64,000 nucleotides of DNA from positions 1 through 64,000 of the IMG/VR virus record IMGVR_UViG_3300034358_000044. One strand, 5' to 3'. Shown in pieces: positions 63,591 through 64,000 of the stretch. The stretch's first letter is position 1. Every line of letters begins with the position of its first letter. The position numbers and the translations under genes were made by a program. Source of the DNA: a virus. The notes under the pieces were generated by a model, which saw nothing but the letters and a program-made list of their open reading frames with translations, ran no database searches and was not told where the DNA came from.

Positions 63591-64000
63591 AAGACTTCAG
63601 CATCATCTCGGCCAGGGTTCTCCTGCCAGTTCACTCGATTGCTCCCATTCGTGGGTTCAGGCCCCCCTCCATTGTGGTTCTTGGGTCCAAGCTCGATCTC
63701 ACGCAGGAGGTCTTCTACAACGAGATCAAGGTCTCGGAGTTCGCAGTAACGTCCTCCACCAGACTCATCGTTCGAATCCCTGAGTCGCAGATTGGAAGGG
63801 ACTTCACTGGTATTCAGATCTTCTCTTCCGTCAACCTGACACGCTCGACGGCCGCCCTCTCCTTTGAGCTCCCGCAACCGATGAAGCAGGTGGAGGGGTT
63901 GGAGAGGCTGATTCAGGCCTGGATGATTGTGTTCTTCACCACCCCTGGCTCTGACGTTTTTGATCCTAGTAGTGGCGGCGGAGTTCGAAGCATCATTGGG
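63587..64000 (+). CDS. Putative baseplate wedge gp25-like protein with N-terminal IPT/TIG-like domain (truncated by window)
   Basis: MKDFSII...LIVRIP...; GLERLIQ..I.FFTTPGSDVFDPSSGGG is gp25-like. Confidence 0.6.
   Translation, partial: MKDFSIISARVLLPVHSIAPIRGFRPPSIVVLGSKLDLTQEVFYNEIKVSEFAVTSSTRLIVRIPESQIGRDFTGIQIFSSVNLTRSTAALSFELPQPMKQVEGLERLIQAWMIVFFTTPGSDVFDPSSGGGVRSIIG

Noticed and set aside
1-64000. CRISPR array, tRNA, DGR, integrase/transposase, stop-codon reassignment
   Set aside because: No regularly spaced repeats, cloverleaf, RT or recombinase motifs seen by eye; genes are intact under the standard code with all three stops used. Needs tRNAscan/CRISPR-finder confirmation

Overview
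This is a 64-kb internal segment of a large, GC-rich (about 60% by eye) contractile-tailed dsDNA bacteriophage, probably a jumbo myovirus. I saw no tRNA, rRNA, CRISPR array, integrase or transposon. The window has four alternating strand blocks. (1) About 1-20.9 kb, minus strand: short early/accessory ORFs, including Zn fingers, Bro-N, GNAT-like, SAM methyltransferase and a plus-strand SET-domain gene. (2) 20.9-34.1 kb, plus strand: regulators and morphogenesis helpers, including XRE, a tail assembly chaperone with a -1 frameshift, GroES, two papain-like enzymes, RHH, a MazG-kinase-SWIM fusion and a kinase. (3) 34.1-46.7 kb, minus strand: a DUF3150/DUF2997/SWIM/DUF1257/Ycf46-like AAA+ module, DNA adenine MTase, YspA-SLOG, WGR-DNA ligase and class II RNR. 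(4) 46.8-64 kb, plus strand: tape measure-like, hub/baseplate-like and other virion genes plus a sigma70-family factor. Best leads: (a) a shared C-terminal heptapeptide F-x-R-x-[VL]-E-[VIY] on unrelated proteins in and around the uncharacterised AAA+ operon; (b) a shared N-terminal leader A-[FML]-x-x-E-L-x-K-I-A on six unrelated proteins, including the sigma factor and a MazG-kinase-SWIM polyprotein with identical GKVKTS linkers (candidate capsid-targeting/protease-processing system); (c) an 8-copy minus-strand promoter motif GGCATAAGG; (d) a small protein with sigma54 Region I-like and RpoN-box-like ends. All family assignments come from motif recognition by eye, not database searches.
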